Part shown: one piece after another, positions 1 through 8,904 of the stretch
Layout: each line of letters starts with the position of its first letter
Position numbering within the stretch: the first letter of the stretch is position 1
Source: an uncultured Actinomycetes bacterium
GTDB taxonomy: Bacteria; Actinomycetota; JAICYB01
Reading direction: 5' to 3'
Assembly (NCBI GenBank): GCA_964560135.1
Contig: CAZLKN010000003.1
Coordinates: 51,050-115,049, forward strand
Length of the DNA stretch: 64,000 nucleotides
The notes under the pieces: generated by a model
What the model saw: the letters and a program-made list of their open reading frames with translations, nothing else
Told to the model about the DNA's origin: nothing
The model's database searches: none
Made by a program: the position numbers and the translations under genes

Positions 1-749
1 CCGACGGGAGCCCGGACCGGATCGCCGAGCGCTTCGACGGCGTCCGGCTGGTTCGCAACGACCACAACGCGGGCTTCGCCGCCGCGGCGAACCAGGGCGT
101 GCGGGCCACGGACCACCCCGTGGTCGTGCTCCTGAACCCCGACGCCCGAGTCACGCCCGCGGCGCTCGGAACGCTGTCGCGCGCGTTCGAGGTCCACGAA
201 CGGGCGGGAGCGATCGGGGCGCTGGTCCGCAATCCCGACGGGTCCGTCCAGCCGTCGAAGCGGAGCTTCCCGACCCTCTGGCAGTCGGTGCTGCACGGCC
301 TGGTCGGACTGGTCTGGACCTCGAACCCGGGCACGCGCGCCTACGTGCTCGCCGACGCGCCGCTGGACGCGCCCTGCACCGTGGGCTGGGTGTCGGGGGC
401 CGCCATGGCGCTCCGGCGCGAAGCCTTCGATGCCATGGACGGTTTCGACGAGGACTTCTTCTTCTTCGTGGAGGACGTCGATCTGTGCAAACGTCTCTGG
501 GATGCCGGATGGGAGGTGTGGTTCGAGCCGCGCGCGGAGGTCGTCCACGCGTGGGGCGGGAGCTGGACCAGGCGCCCGCTCAAGTTCCTCTGGTTGCATC
601 AATGGAACCTGTTCCGGTACGTGAGGAAGCATCGTCGTGGTTGGTGGGTGGTCGCCTACCCTGCCATCGCGGCAGGTTTGCTGCTCCGGTTCCTGCTCCT
701 GGCGCTGCGGTGGGTGTTCGTCCGGCGTTCGGTCCCGGCCCACCGGTAG
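1..749 (+). CDS. Glycosyltransferase family 2 (WbbL-like rhamnosyltransferase), 5' end outside the window
   Basis: The reading frame is open from nt 1 (DGSPDRIAERFDGVRLVRNDHNAGFAAAANQGV...). GT-A motifs are present, including the FFVEDVDLCKRLW (DXD-type) region, and the C-terminus is hydrophobic. It is immediately followed by a GDP-mannose pyrophosphorylase-like gene, as with wbbL/rmlA2 in mycobacteria. Confidence 0.7.
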   Translation, partial: DGSPDRIAERFDGVRLVRNDHNAGFAAAANQGVRATDHPVVVLLNPDARVTPAALGTLSRAFEVHERAGAIGALVRNPDGSVQPSKRSFPTLWQSVLHGLVGLVWTSNPGTRAYVLADAPLDAPCTVGWVSGAAMALRREAFDAMDGFDEDFFFFVEDVDLCKRLWDAGWEVWFEPRAEVVHAWGGSWTRRPLKFLWLHQWNLFRYVRKHRRGWWVVAYPAIAAGLLLRFLLLALRWVFVRRSVPAHR

Positions 750-783
750 ACGGATCCTGAATACGTGAAGGAGGTGTCGTGGC

Positions 784-1890
784 GTGAAGGCCGTGATCCT
801 GGTCGGCGGGGAGGGGACGAGGCTGCGTCCGCTGACCCTCGACACCCCGAAGCCGCTCGTCCCCGTGGGCAATCGTCCGTTCCTGGAGCACGTTCTCGCC
901 AGCCTCTCGCGCCACGGGGTGCAGGAGGCGATCCTGACCACCGGCTACCGGGCCGAGGCCTTCGACACCTATCCGCCCGAGCGCACCTACGGCGTGCAGC
1001 TCACCGTCGTGCGGGAGGAGGACCCGCTGGGCACAGCCGGGGCCGTCAAGAACATCGAGCATATGCTGACCTCGACCTTCCTGGTGCTCAACGGCGACAT
1101 CCTGACGAACCTCGACCTGACGGCGCTCGTGAACCACCACCGCCGCAAGGAGTCCGTGGCCACACTCACGCTCACGTCGGTCCGGGACCCGAGCGCCTAC
1201 GGGCTCGTCCCGATCGACGACGACGGAAAGATCCAGCGCTTCATCGAGAAGCCCCGCGCCGACGAGGTCGTCACCGACCTGATCAACGCCGGGACCTATG
1301 TACTCGAGCCGGAGGTGCTGCAACGCGTCCCGGCGGGGGAGAACCACTCGGTCGAGCGGGGCCTGTTCCCGCGGCTGCTCGCCGAGGGCGCGCCGTTGTA
1401 CGGCTTCCAGGCCCCCGCCTACTGGCTGGATCTCGGCACCCCCGAGAAGTACCTGCGCGCCAACCGCGACGTGCTCGAGGGGCGTGTCGGAGAGGAGCCC
1501 CCGGGCACCCGCGCATCTTCGGGGGCCTGGGTCGCCAAGACCTGCGAGGTGGATCCGTGGGTGCAGATCCGGGGGCCCGTGGCGATCGCCGGCGGCACCA
1601 CGATCGCCGAAGGCGCGGTGATCCACCCGCTCACGTGCATCGGGCGGGACTGCCGGATCGCCGGTGGTGCGGTGATCGAGGAGTCGGTGATCCAGGAGGG
1701 CGTCGAGGTCGAGCGTGGCGCGGTGATCGAGCGGTCGATCGTCTGCACGGGGGCGAAGGTCGGCGCCGGCTGCCGGATCGAGGACGCGGTCGTCGGGGCC
1801 GGGGTGCGGTTGGGGGCCGACAACGAGCTGCGGGCCGGCATCCGGCTGTGGCCCAACCTCGAGATCCCGCCGGGGAAGGTGCGGTTCTGA
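784..1890 (+). CDS. Mannose-1-phosphate guanylyltransferase / sugar nucleotidyltransferase (GDP-mannose pyrophosphorylase-like)
   Basis: N-terminal nucleotidyltransferase signature MKAVILVGGEGTRLRPLT. The C-terminal half has left-handed beta-helix hexapeptide repeats (VIEESVIQEGVEVERGAVIERSIV...). Confidence 0.8.
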   Translation: MKAVILVGGEGTRLRPLTLDTPKPLVPVGNRPFLEHVLASLSRHGVQEAILTTGYRAEAFDTYPPERTYGVQLTVVREEDPLGTAGAVKNIEHMLTSTFLVLNGDILTNLDLTALVNHHRRKESVATLTLTSVRDPSAYGLVPIDDDGKIQRFIEKPRADEVVTDLINAGTYVLEPEVLQRVPAGENHSVERGLFPRLLAEGAPLYGFQAPAYWLDLGTPEKYLRANRDVLEGRVGEEPPGTRASSGAWVAKTCEVDPWVQIRGPVAIAGGTTIAEGAVIHPLTCIGRDCRIAGGAVIEESVIQEGVEVERGAVIERSIVCTGAKVGAGCRIEDAVVGAGVRLGADNELRAGIRLWPNLEIPPGKVRF

Positions 1891-2831
1891 TGCGAGTGCT
1901 CGTCACCGGCGGCGCGGGGTTCATCGGATCCACGGTCGTGGACCTGCTCGTGGCCCACGGCCACGAGGTCGCGGTGGTCGACGACCTGTCCTCCGGCAAG
2001 CTCGCGAACCTCGAGGACGCGCGCCGTGAGGGCAAGGTGGGCATCCACCGCTTCGACATCCGGACGGCCGGTGTGCGCGACCTGATCGTGGGCGCCAGGC
2101 CCGAGGTGATCCTGCACCTGGCGGCGCAGCCGGCGGTGCCGGCGTCGGTGACCGATCCGGTGCACGACGCCCAGGTGAACGTCCTCGGTCTGCTGAACGT
2201 GCTCGAGGCGGGCGTCGCCGCGGAGGTGCGCAAGGTGGTCTTCTCGTCCTCCGGGGGCACGATCTACGGCACGCAGCAGCGGTTCCCGGTGAAGGAGACC
2301 GCGAGGGGACGGCCGACCTCGCCCTACGGGATCACCAAGCGCGTGGCCGAGGACTACCTGCGCTACTACAAGGCCCAGCACGATCTCGACTTCACGTCGC
2401 TCGCGCTGGCGAACGTCTACGGGCCCCGCCAGGATCCCCACGGCGAGGCTGGGGTGGTGGCGATCTTCGCGAACAAGCTCCTGCGCGGCGAGGCCCCCAC
2501 GATCTTCGGGACGGGGGAGTTCACCCGCGACTACGTGTTCGTCGAGGACGTGGCCCACGCGTTCGTTCTGGCCTGCGAGCAGGGGTCGGGCCACACCGTG
2601 AACATCGGGACGGGAGTGGAGACGAGCGTCAACGACCTGTTCCGGATGATGGCCGCCGCCGCAGGGTTCGAGGGGGAAGCGGTGTACGGGCCCCCCCGCG
2701 CCGGCGACCTGCCCCGCAACGCGCTGGACCCGTCGAAGGCGGCCGAGATCCTCGAGTGGGCCCCCTGGACGAAGATCGACGAGGGCGTCACTCGCACCAT
2801 CGACTGGTTCCGGGACCACCTGGGGGCCTGA
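1890..2831 (+). CDS. NAD-dependent epimerase/dehydratase (UDP-glucose 4-epimerase family)
   Basis: MRVLVTGGAGFIGS Rossmann motif. The ATG at 1890 overlaps the upstream TGA (TGATG). The ORF-track entry 765..2831 is an in-frame upstream extension across the neighbouring gene. Confidence 0.8.
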   Translation: MRVLVTGGAGFIGSTVVDLLVAHGHEVAVVDDLSSGKLANLEDARREGKVGIHRFDIRTAGVRDLIVGARPEVILHLAAQPAVPASVTDPVHDAQVNVLGLLNVLEAGVAAEVRKVVFSSSGGTIYGTQQRFPVKETARGRPTSPYGITKRVAEDYLRYYKAQHDLDFTSLALANVYGPRQDPHGEAGVVAIFANKLLRGEAPTIFGTGEFTRDYVFVEDVAHAFVLACEQGSGHTVNIGTGVETSVNDLFRMMAAAAGFEGEAVYGPPRAGDLPRNALDPSKAAEILEWAPWTKIDEGVTRTIDWFRDHLGA

Positions 2832-2892
2832 GCGCCTCTGGTGCTTGCCGCGACCGGTTACGCTCTGGGGGACGTCGGGCCGGAGGTGGAGG

Positions 2893-3546
2893 ATGGTCGT
2901 CTGGGACGTGCTGGTCGGGTCGCTGGTCGAGGTGCTCGTGGTCCTGGCGACCGTCACCGCCGCCCTCGGGACCCATCAATGGGCGGCGGCCATCGTCCTG
3001 CTCACCCTCGGTATCCGGACGCTGCTCATCCCGCTCACCGTCATGCAGATGCGATCGGCGCGGACGATGCGGCGGCTCCAACCCGAGATCGAACGGGTCC
3101 GGCGAACGTTCAAGGCGAAGCCCGAGCGGGTGCAGCGCGAGCTCCAGGCGCTCTTCCGCCGGGAGGGATACAACCCGATGGCCGGCTGTCTGCCGCAGGT
3201 CGCCTCGTTGCCCTTCGTCGCTGGTGTGTACTGGGCGATCCGCCGGATCACCGCGCCGGTGGCCGACGGGGGCCTGGGTGTTGTGGCGATCCCGCTGTTC
3301 GGGCTCGGCAACCTTGCCGCCCCCGCTATCGCCTCGGTGGCGGGGATCCTGCTCGTGATCGTGCTGGGTCTCGCGGGTTACCTGTCGGCTCGCCGCACGG
3401 CGCCGACCACCGGCGGCCAGCGCTGGATGCGGCTCGTACCCGTGGGCTCTGCCGCCGTGGCGGCCTTCCTGCCCGGCGCCGTCGTCCTCTACTGGGCCAC
3501 GGGGGCCGTGTACCAGCTCGGCCAGCAGATGCTGATGCGGACCTGA
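2893..3546 (+). CDS. YidC/Oxa1-family membrane protein insertase, short form
   Basis: LLIPLTVMQMRS...LQPEIERV...YNPMAGCLPQVASLPF is the YidC core motif. GGAGGTGGAGG lies just upstream of the ATG at 2893; the ORF-track start 2845 is probably too far upstream. Confidence 0.7.
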   Translation: MVVWDVLVGSLVEVLVVLATVTAALGTHQWAAAIVLLTLGIRTLLIPLTVMQMRSARTMRRLQPEIERVRRTFKAKPERVQRELQALFRREGYNPMAGCLPQVASLPFVAGVYWAIRRITAPVADGGLGVVAIPLFGLGNLAAPAIASVAGILLVIVLGLAGYLSARRTAPTTGGQRWMRLVPVGSAAVAAFLPGAVVLYWATGAVYQLGQQMLMRT

Positions 3547-3565
3547 TCCATCGGAGCGAGTTCAC

Positions 3566-3705
3566 AGCCCCCTTAGGGACGACATGGGCCCGTTTCGCGG
3601 CGGTTCGGGGCAACGTCGTCCTGCAGGGTGTCTGGGAGACCCCTTGGGGGACGACGTGGGCGCGATCTGGCTGATGGAGGGGCGACGTCGTCCGCTGGGG
3701 TGGGA
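3566..3705. repeat. Cluster of four roughly 22-nt GC-rich repeat units in alternating orientation (CCCCYTGGRGGACGACGTYG family), forming two inverted pairs between convergent genes
   Basis: Units CCCCCTTAGGGACGACATGGGCC (+), GGGGCAACGTCGTCCTGCAGGG (-), CCCCTTGGGGGACGACGTGGGCGC (+) and GGGGCGACGTCGTCCGCTGGGG (-). The same family recurs at 58891..59027. Confidence 0.7.
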
Positions 3706-3734
3706 TGGTTGAAGCAGGAAGGAAGGCTCGGGCC

Positions 3735-4442
3735 CTACCGGAACAGGTCCTGGGCCGGGGGGCGCACCAGGTCGCGGGCGGAGCCGGACGCAACCCCGAA
3801 CCGGTAGCCGCGGACGATCGCCACCGGCACCCGGTCGAGCTTGCCCATCACGAGCTCCGCCGCGGCCGCCAGCTCGTCGATGTGCGCGATCTCGGTGACC
3901 GCCAGCTCGTGGCCGTGCGGGTCCACCTCGCCGCGGTGGTCGCGGAGGGCCGCGATGCCCGACGAGCCGATGGCCACGTTGGTCTGCCCTAAGCGCCACG
4001 CACGTCCGAAGGTGTCGGAGACGATCACCGCCACGGGGCGACCCACGCGCTCCTCCAGGCCGGCACGGATGCGGGCCGCCGAGGCGTCGGGGTCGCGGGG
4101 GAGCAGCGCGACGTAGCCGGAGGAGACGTTGGACGAGTCCACCCCCGCGTTCGCGCACACCAGCCCGTGGCGCGTCTCCACGATCAGGTGCGCGGGGGTC
4201 TCCCGGACGACCCGGCGCGCCTCCCGCCGGACGACCTCCCGCACCTCCTCGCGGGTTTCTGCGGCCACCAGCCGTCCCTCGGCCTTCGACACGATCTTCT
4301 GGGCCACGACGACCACGTCCCCCGGTTCGACGGGCACCCCCGCTCCTGCGGCCCCCGACGCGATCATCTCGCCAAGGTCGGCCCCTGCCGTGACCTCCGG
4401 CAGTCCGTCCACGGCCAGGATCCGGATCTCAGCCGACGGCAT
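3735..4442 (-). CDS. cofE: Coenzyme F420-0:L-glutamate ligase (CofE-type, no nitroreductase extension)
   Basis: CofE fold motifs (VVVAQKIVSKAEGR..., VSDTFGRAWRLGQTNVAIG..., VRGY). The 5' end overlaps cofD by 14 nt. Confidence 0.8.
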   Translation of the reverse strand: MPSAEIRILAVDGLPEVTAGADLGEMIASGAAGAGVPVEPGDVVVVAQKIVSKAEGRLVAAETREEVREVVRREARRVVRETPAHLIVETRHGLVCANAGVDSSNVSSGYVALLPRDPDASAARIRAGLEERVGRPVAVIVSDTFGRAWRLGQTNVAIGSSGIAALRDHRGEVDPHGHELAVTEIAHIDELAAAAELVMGKLDRVPVAIVRGYRFGVASGSARDLVRPPAQDLFR

Positions 4443-5385
4443 CCAGCACCGCCTTCGCCACCCGCCCGGCGTCCTCCGCCGAGCGCATCAGCGTGTCGCA
4501 GACCACCGGCTCCATCCCCAACTCCTCCACTTCTCCGGCGAGGCCGGCGTCCTGCTCGTCGAGGACGAACACGTCCACCAGCCCCCGGTAGATGCGGGCC
4601 ACGCCGACCGCGGAGACCTCGTGGCCCAGCGAGGTCATCAGCCGGTCCGCGGGACCCTTGAGGGCCCGGCCCCCGACGATCGGCGACACCGCCACGCAGG
4701 TCGCGTCGCACGCCTCGACCGCGTCGCGGACACCGGGCACGGCGAGCAGCGGTCCGACCGAGATCAGGGGGTTCGAGGGCGGCACGATCAGCACCTCGGC
4801 GTCCTCGATCGCCTCGAGCACCCCGGGGGCCGGTGCGGCGTCGCGGACACCCTCGACCTCGATGCCCGTCACCTCCGGCTCCTGCTTGCGGCGCACGAAG
4901 TACTCCTGGAAGTCGAGCCACTCCCCGCCGGCGGTGCGCAGCACCGTCCGCACGGGGTCGTCGGACACCGGGAGCACCTGGCACTCGATGCCCATCGCCA
5001 GCCGGAGCGCGTCGGTGACCTCCGTCAGCGGCAGGTCGTGCTCGAGCAGGTGCAGCCGGAGCAGGTGCGTGGCCAGATCACGGTCTCCGAGCGTGAACCA
5101 CTCCTGGAGGTCGAGGCCCATGCCGTCGAGCCCGGCGGCAAGCTCCCGGTAGCGGTCGTTGGCCACGGTGGTCTCGTCCGCGAGTCCCCACCCCCGGTCC
5201 CAATCGCACGCGCCGGCGAGGTGGTACAGGACCGTGTCGATGTCCGGGCAGATCCACAGGCCGCGGATCTGCTCGTCGTCTCCGGTGTTGACCACGATCG
5301 TGAGGTCGTCGGGGTTCACGACGCGCACCAGGCCCGCGCAGAACCGGGCGGAGCCGACGCCTCCGGCGAGGACGGTGATCGCCAT
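4429..5385 (-). CDS. cofD: 2-phospho-L-lactate transferase (LPPG:FO 2-phospho-L-lactate transferase)
   Basis: MAITVLAGGVGSARF N-terminus, CofD/UPF0052 fold, and operon position between the hydrolase and cofE. Confidence 0.8.
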   Translation of the reverse strand: MAITVLAGGVGSARFCAGLVRVVNPDDLTIVVNTGDDEQIRGLWICPDIDTVLYHLAGACDWDRGWGLADETTVANDRYRELAAGLDGMGLDLQEWFTLGDRDLATHLLRLHLLEHDLPLTEVTDALRLAMGIECQVLPVSDDPVRTVLRTAGGEWLDFQEYFVRRKQEPEVTGIEVEGVRDAAPAPGVLEAIEDAEVLIVPPSNPLISVGPLLAVPGVRDAVEACDATCVAVSPIVGGRALKGPADRLMTSLGHEVSAVGVARIYRGLVDVFVLDEQDAGLAGEVEELGMEPVVCDTLMRSAEDAGRVAKAVLDAVG

Positions 5386-5388
5386 CGT

Positions 5389-6213
5389 CTACCCGGCGGC
5401 TTGAAGGTGGGGGACGAGCTCGGCGGTGAACTCCTCGGCTCGCTCCACCTGGATCGAGTGCCCGGCCCCCTCGAAGACCACCCAGCGGGACCGGGGGAGC
5501 GTCTCGGCGATCCACCGGCCGAGCTGGACGGGGATGATCGGGTCCGCGGTGCCGTGGAGTACGAGCACCGGACACCGGATCGCGTCGAGGCGGTCCTTCA
5601 CGGTGAAGCCGACGCACGTGCGCCAGGCGTATGCGTGCGACGGGTTCGGGTCCTCCAGCCCCCGGCGGAAGTAGTCGATGGGCGGGATGCCGGCGGGGAA
5701 CGCCTCGGCCAGGACCTCCTCCACCAGCCCGCGAACCTCCGGGTCGGCCACGGCGTCGTCGAAGCCCCGCTCGGAGATCATCGACAGGCCCTTCGCGAAG
5801 GCGCTGGCCCGCCGTCCGTTGTGCGCGGTGGTGGAGGCCACCGTCAGCGACCGCAGGTCGCCGGGATGCTCCACGGCGTAGGACTGCGAGAGCATGCCGC
5901 CGAGCGAGTGTCCGACGAGGTGGAAGGGCTTCGGCACGAGCTGCTCGATGACCTCGCGGATGTCGTCCACGAGGTCGGCCATCTCGTAGGGCCCGGCGGG
6001 CATGTCCGACTCGCCGAAGCCGCGCAGGTCGAAGCGGACGGCCCGGAAGCCCGCGGACACCGCCGCGTCGAACTGGTGCTGCCACCGGCGGCGGTTCAGT
6101 CCGAGGCCGTGGACGAACAGAACCGTCGGCCCGGCCCCCGCCTCGTCGTAGGCGAGTCGCAGGCCGTCGCGGGTGGTCATGCGTCTGATCGTGGGCGTGG
6201 TCATGGGTGCCAT
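5389..6213 (-). CDS. Alpha/beta-hydrolase fold protein, first gene of the cofD-cofE operon
   Basis: HGLGLN oxyanion region, GHSLGG nucleophile elbow and a C-terminal His (GAGHS). Only the C-terminal 275 codons of ORF-track entry 5389..8538 are plausible; the rest is antisense to fbiC. Confidence 0.7.
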   Translation of the reverse strand: MAPMTTPTIRRMTTRDGLRLAYDEAGAGPTVLFVHGLGLNRRRWQHQFDAAVSAGFRAVRFDLRGFGESDMPAGPYEMADLVDDIREVIEQLVPKPFHLVGHSLGGMLSQSYAVEHPGDLRSLTVASTTAHNGRRASAFAKGLSMISERGFDDAVADPEVRGLVEEVLAEAFPAGIPPIDYFRRGLEDPNPSHAYAWRTCVGFTVKDRLDAIRCPVLVLHGTADPIIPVQLGRWIAETLPRSRWVVFEGAGHSIQVERAEEFTAELVPHLQAAG

Positions 6214-6264
6214 CCTACGGGGCACGGTATCCTGCTGACCTGTCGAGGACAGGGGTGTACATCG

Positions 6265-8901
6265 ATGGACACGGACCTGAACACCGCCCTGCAGCGCAGC
6301 ATCGCGGGTGAGGCCCTCGGCGCGAACGACGTGCTCGCGATCCTCACCTGCTCCGACGACGACCTCGTCCCCGTGCTCGCACGGGCCCGCGAGGTGCGCG
6401 ATGCCTCGCTCGCGGCCAAGGGCCGGGACGGCATCGTCACCTACTCCCGCAAGGTCTTCATCCCGCTGACATACCTGTGCCGGTACCGCTGCTCCTACTG
6501 CACGTTCGTGACCCCGCGTGCCGTCCCGGGGGCCGAGTACCGGAGCCCCGAGGAGGTCGTGGCCCTCGCCGAGCGCGGGCGCGAGTGGGGGGCCACCGAG
6601 GCCCTGTTCACCCTCGGCGAGGCCCCCGAGCACCGCCATCCCGAGGCCCGGGAGTGGCTGGAGGAGCACGGGTACGCGTCCACCGTCGACTACCTCGTCG
6701 CCGCCGCCGACCTCGTGGTGCGGCGCACCGGTCTGCTGCCCCACGCGAACCCGGGGGCCGTGACGAAGGACCAGATGGGGCGGCTGCGGGACGTGTCCGC
6801 CTCGCAGGGGTTGATGATGGAGCAGCTCACCGACCGGCTGCTGCGGCCCGGCGAGGCCCACGCCGGTGCTCCGGGCAAGGCGGCGGAGGTCCGTCTGGAG
6901 CAGCTGGCCTTCGCCCGCGCCACGCGGACGCCGTTCACCACCGGCTTCCTGATCGGGATCGGCGAGACCACCGCCGAGCGCGCGCACACGATCGTGGCCC
7001 TGCGCGACGCCGCCGCACCGTCCGACGGTGAGAAGCTCGGCGCCGTGCAGGAGGTGATCGTCCAGAACTTCCGGGCCAAGCCGGACACCCCGATGCGCTC
7101 GGCCGAAGAGCCGGACGACGGCGAGATGCTGCGCGCGATCGCCGCAACCCGCCTCGCGCTCGACCCGGCGATCTCGGTGCAGGCGCCCCCGAACCTCACC
7201 CCGGACACCTACGGACGCTATCTCGACGCCGGCCTCGACGACTGGGGCGGGATCTCGCCGGTGACCCCCGACCACGTGAACCCCGAGATGCCGTGGCCCG
7301 GTATCGCCGAGGTTGCCGAGGTCTGCGCCCGCCGGGGCTTCACGCTGCGCCAGCGTCTGCCCGTCCACCCCGACTACCTGCACCACGAGGCCTTCGAGAC
7401 GTGGATCGCGCCCGCGATGCGGCGGCACGTGCTGGCCGCCGCCGACGCGACGGGGCTGGCCCGCGAGGAGCGCTGGCACGCCGGCGAAGGCTGGGTGCCC
7501 GTGCTCCGGGCCGCACAGCCGGTGCCGAAGCGCCGGGCCCTGGCGATCGCCTCGAGCCGTCCGTCGCTGCGGGCCGAGGAGGTCTTCGACGAGGCCCGCA
7601 CCGCGGGCTGCGGGGACGCCTCCGGCGTGGTCGAGGGCGGCTTCGACGAGATGCTGCCCGACCTGCCGTCGCGGACCGTGCTGGCCCACGAGCGCGCCGA
7701 CCGGCTGGCCGGCACCAACGGCTCGCCGCAGCATCCGTGGGTCCGTCCCTACGTCGGGCGCCCCGGGACCGCCGGCCGCCGGGTGCGCGAGATCCTCGCC
7801 CGCGGACGGCAGGGTGAGCGGCTCGATGCCTCCGACGTGGAGCGGCTGCTGCGCGCCGAAGGCCCCGACCTCGAGGCCGTGTTCGCCTGCGCGGACGAGA
7901 TCCGCCGCGAGACCAACGGCGACGAGGTCACCTACGTGGTGAACCGCAACATCACCTACACGAACTTCTGCCACACCGGCTGCGGGTTCTGCGGTTTCGC
8001 CCGGCCCGTCGGCCACGACGACGGGTACTACCTCGATCCGGCGGCGGTGGGGGCCAAGGCCCGGGAGGCATGGGACCTGGGAGCCACCGAGGTGTGCATC
8101 CAGGGCGGCATCCACCCCGCCAACGACGGGCGCATCTACCTCGACATCGCCCGGGCCGTGAAGGACGCGGCCCCCGGGATCCACCTCCACGGATTCTCGC
8201 CGCTGGAGATCACGATCGGAGCCAAGACGCTCGAGCTGCCGCTGGAGCGGTTCGTCCCGATGCTGGCCGAGGCCGGCGTGGACACCGTCCCCGGTACGGC
8301 GGCCGAGATCCTCGACGCGCGCGTGCGTCCGAAGCTGACGCCCGAGAAGCTGTCCGCCGACGACTGGCTGTCGCTGATGCGCGTCGCGCACCGCAGCGGT
8401 CTGCGGTCCACGACCACGATCATGTTCGGCCACATCGACGACCCCGCGGTGTGGGCCGAGCACCTGCTCCGGCTGCGCGATCTCCAGCAGGAGACCGGCG
8501 GGTTCACCGAATTCATCCCGCTGCCCTTCGTCCATCACCGCTCACCCATCTTCATGCGCGGCGACTCCCGCACCGGGCCCACGTGGCGGGAGACCCTCAA
8601 GATGCACGCCGTGGGTCGCATCGCGCTGCACCCCCTGTTCACGAGCGTCCAGGCCTCGTGGGTGAAGATGGGCGTCGAGGGTGTGGTGGCTGCGCTCGAG
8701 GTCGGGGTCAACGACTTCGGCGGCACGCTGATGGAGGAGCACATCTCGCGGATGGCCGGCGCCAACCACGGGCTGGGGCTCACCGTCGAGGTGATCGAGG
8801 ATGCCATCCGCCGTGCGGGCCGCGTGCCCCGTGAGCGCTCGACGACGTACGGACGCCCCGAACGCACCTACCGGGAGCGCGTCGGACAGCCGGTGCGCTG
8901 A
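6265..8901 (+). CDS. fbiC: Bifunctional FO synthase (7,8-didemethyl-8-hydroxy-5-deazariboflavin synthase, CofG+CofH domains)
   Basis: Two radical-SAM CxxxCxxC motifs (CRYRCSYCTF and CHTGCGFCGF). Length of about 878 aa matches FbiC. It is divergent from cofD-cofE. The start at ATG 6265 lies inside the longer track ORF 4129..8901. Confidence 0.85.
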   Translation: MDTDLNTALQRSIAGEALGANDVLAILTCSDDDLVPVLARAREVRDASLAAKGRDGIVTYSRKVFIPLTYLCRYRCSYCTFVTPRAVPGAEYRSPEEVVALAERGREWGATEALFTLGEAPEHRHPEAREWLEEHGYASTVDYLVAAADLVVRRTGLLPHANPGAVTKDQMGRLRDVSASQGLMMEQLTDRLLRPGEAHAGAPGKAAEVRLEQLAFARATRTPFTTGFLIGIGETTAERAHTIVALRDAAAPSDGEKLGAVQEVIVQNFRAKPDTPMRSAEEPDDGEMLRAIAATRLALDPAISVQAPPNLTPDTYGRYLDAGLDDWGGISPVTPDHVNPEMPWPGIAEVAEVCARRGFTLRQRLPVHPDYLHHEAFETWIAPAMRRHVLAAADATGLAREERWHAGEGWVPVLRAAQPVPKRRALAIASSRPSLRAEEVFDEARTAGCGDASGVVEGGFDEMLPDLPSRTVLAHERADRLAGTNGSPQHPWVRPYVGRPGTAGRRVREILARGRQGERLDASDVERLLRAEGPDLEAVFACADEIRRETNGDEVTYVVNRNITYTNFCHTGCGFCGFARPVGHDDGYYLDPAAVGAKAREAWDLGATEVCIQGGIHPANDGRIYLDIARAVKDAAPGIHLHGFSPLEITIGAKTLELPLERFVPMLAEAGVDTVPGTAAEILDARVRPKLTPEKLSADDWLSLMRVAHRSGLRSTTTIMFGHIDDPAVWAEHLLRLRDLQQETGGFTEFIPLPFVHHRSPIFMRGDSRTGPTWRETLKMHAVGRIALHPLFTSVQASWVKMGVEGVVAALEVGVNDFGGTLMEEHISRMAGANHGLGLTVEVIEDAIRRAGRVPRERSTTYGRPERTYRERVGQPVR

Positions 8902-8904
8902 GCT

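Noticed and set aside
5389-8538. 1049-aa minus-strand ORF
   Set aside because: Only its last 275 codons (alpha/beta hydrolase, 5389..6213) are plausible. The rest is the antisense of fbiC, a typical high-GC artefact, and the sense strand carries clear FO-synthase motifs.
4129-8901. 1590-aa plus-strand ORF
   Set aside because: An in-frame upstream extension running antisense through cofD and the hydrolase. The real gene is fbiC, starting at ATG 6265.
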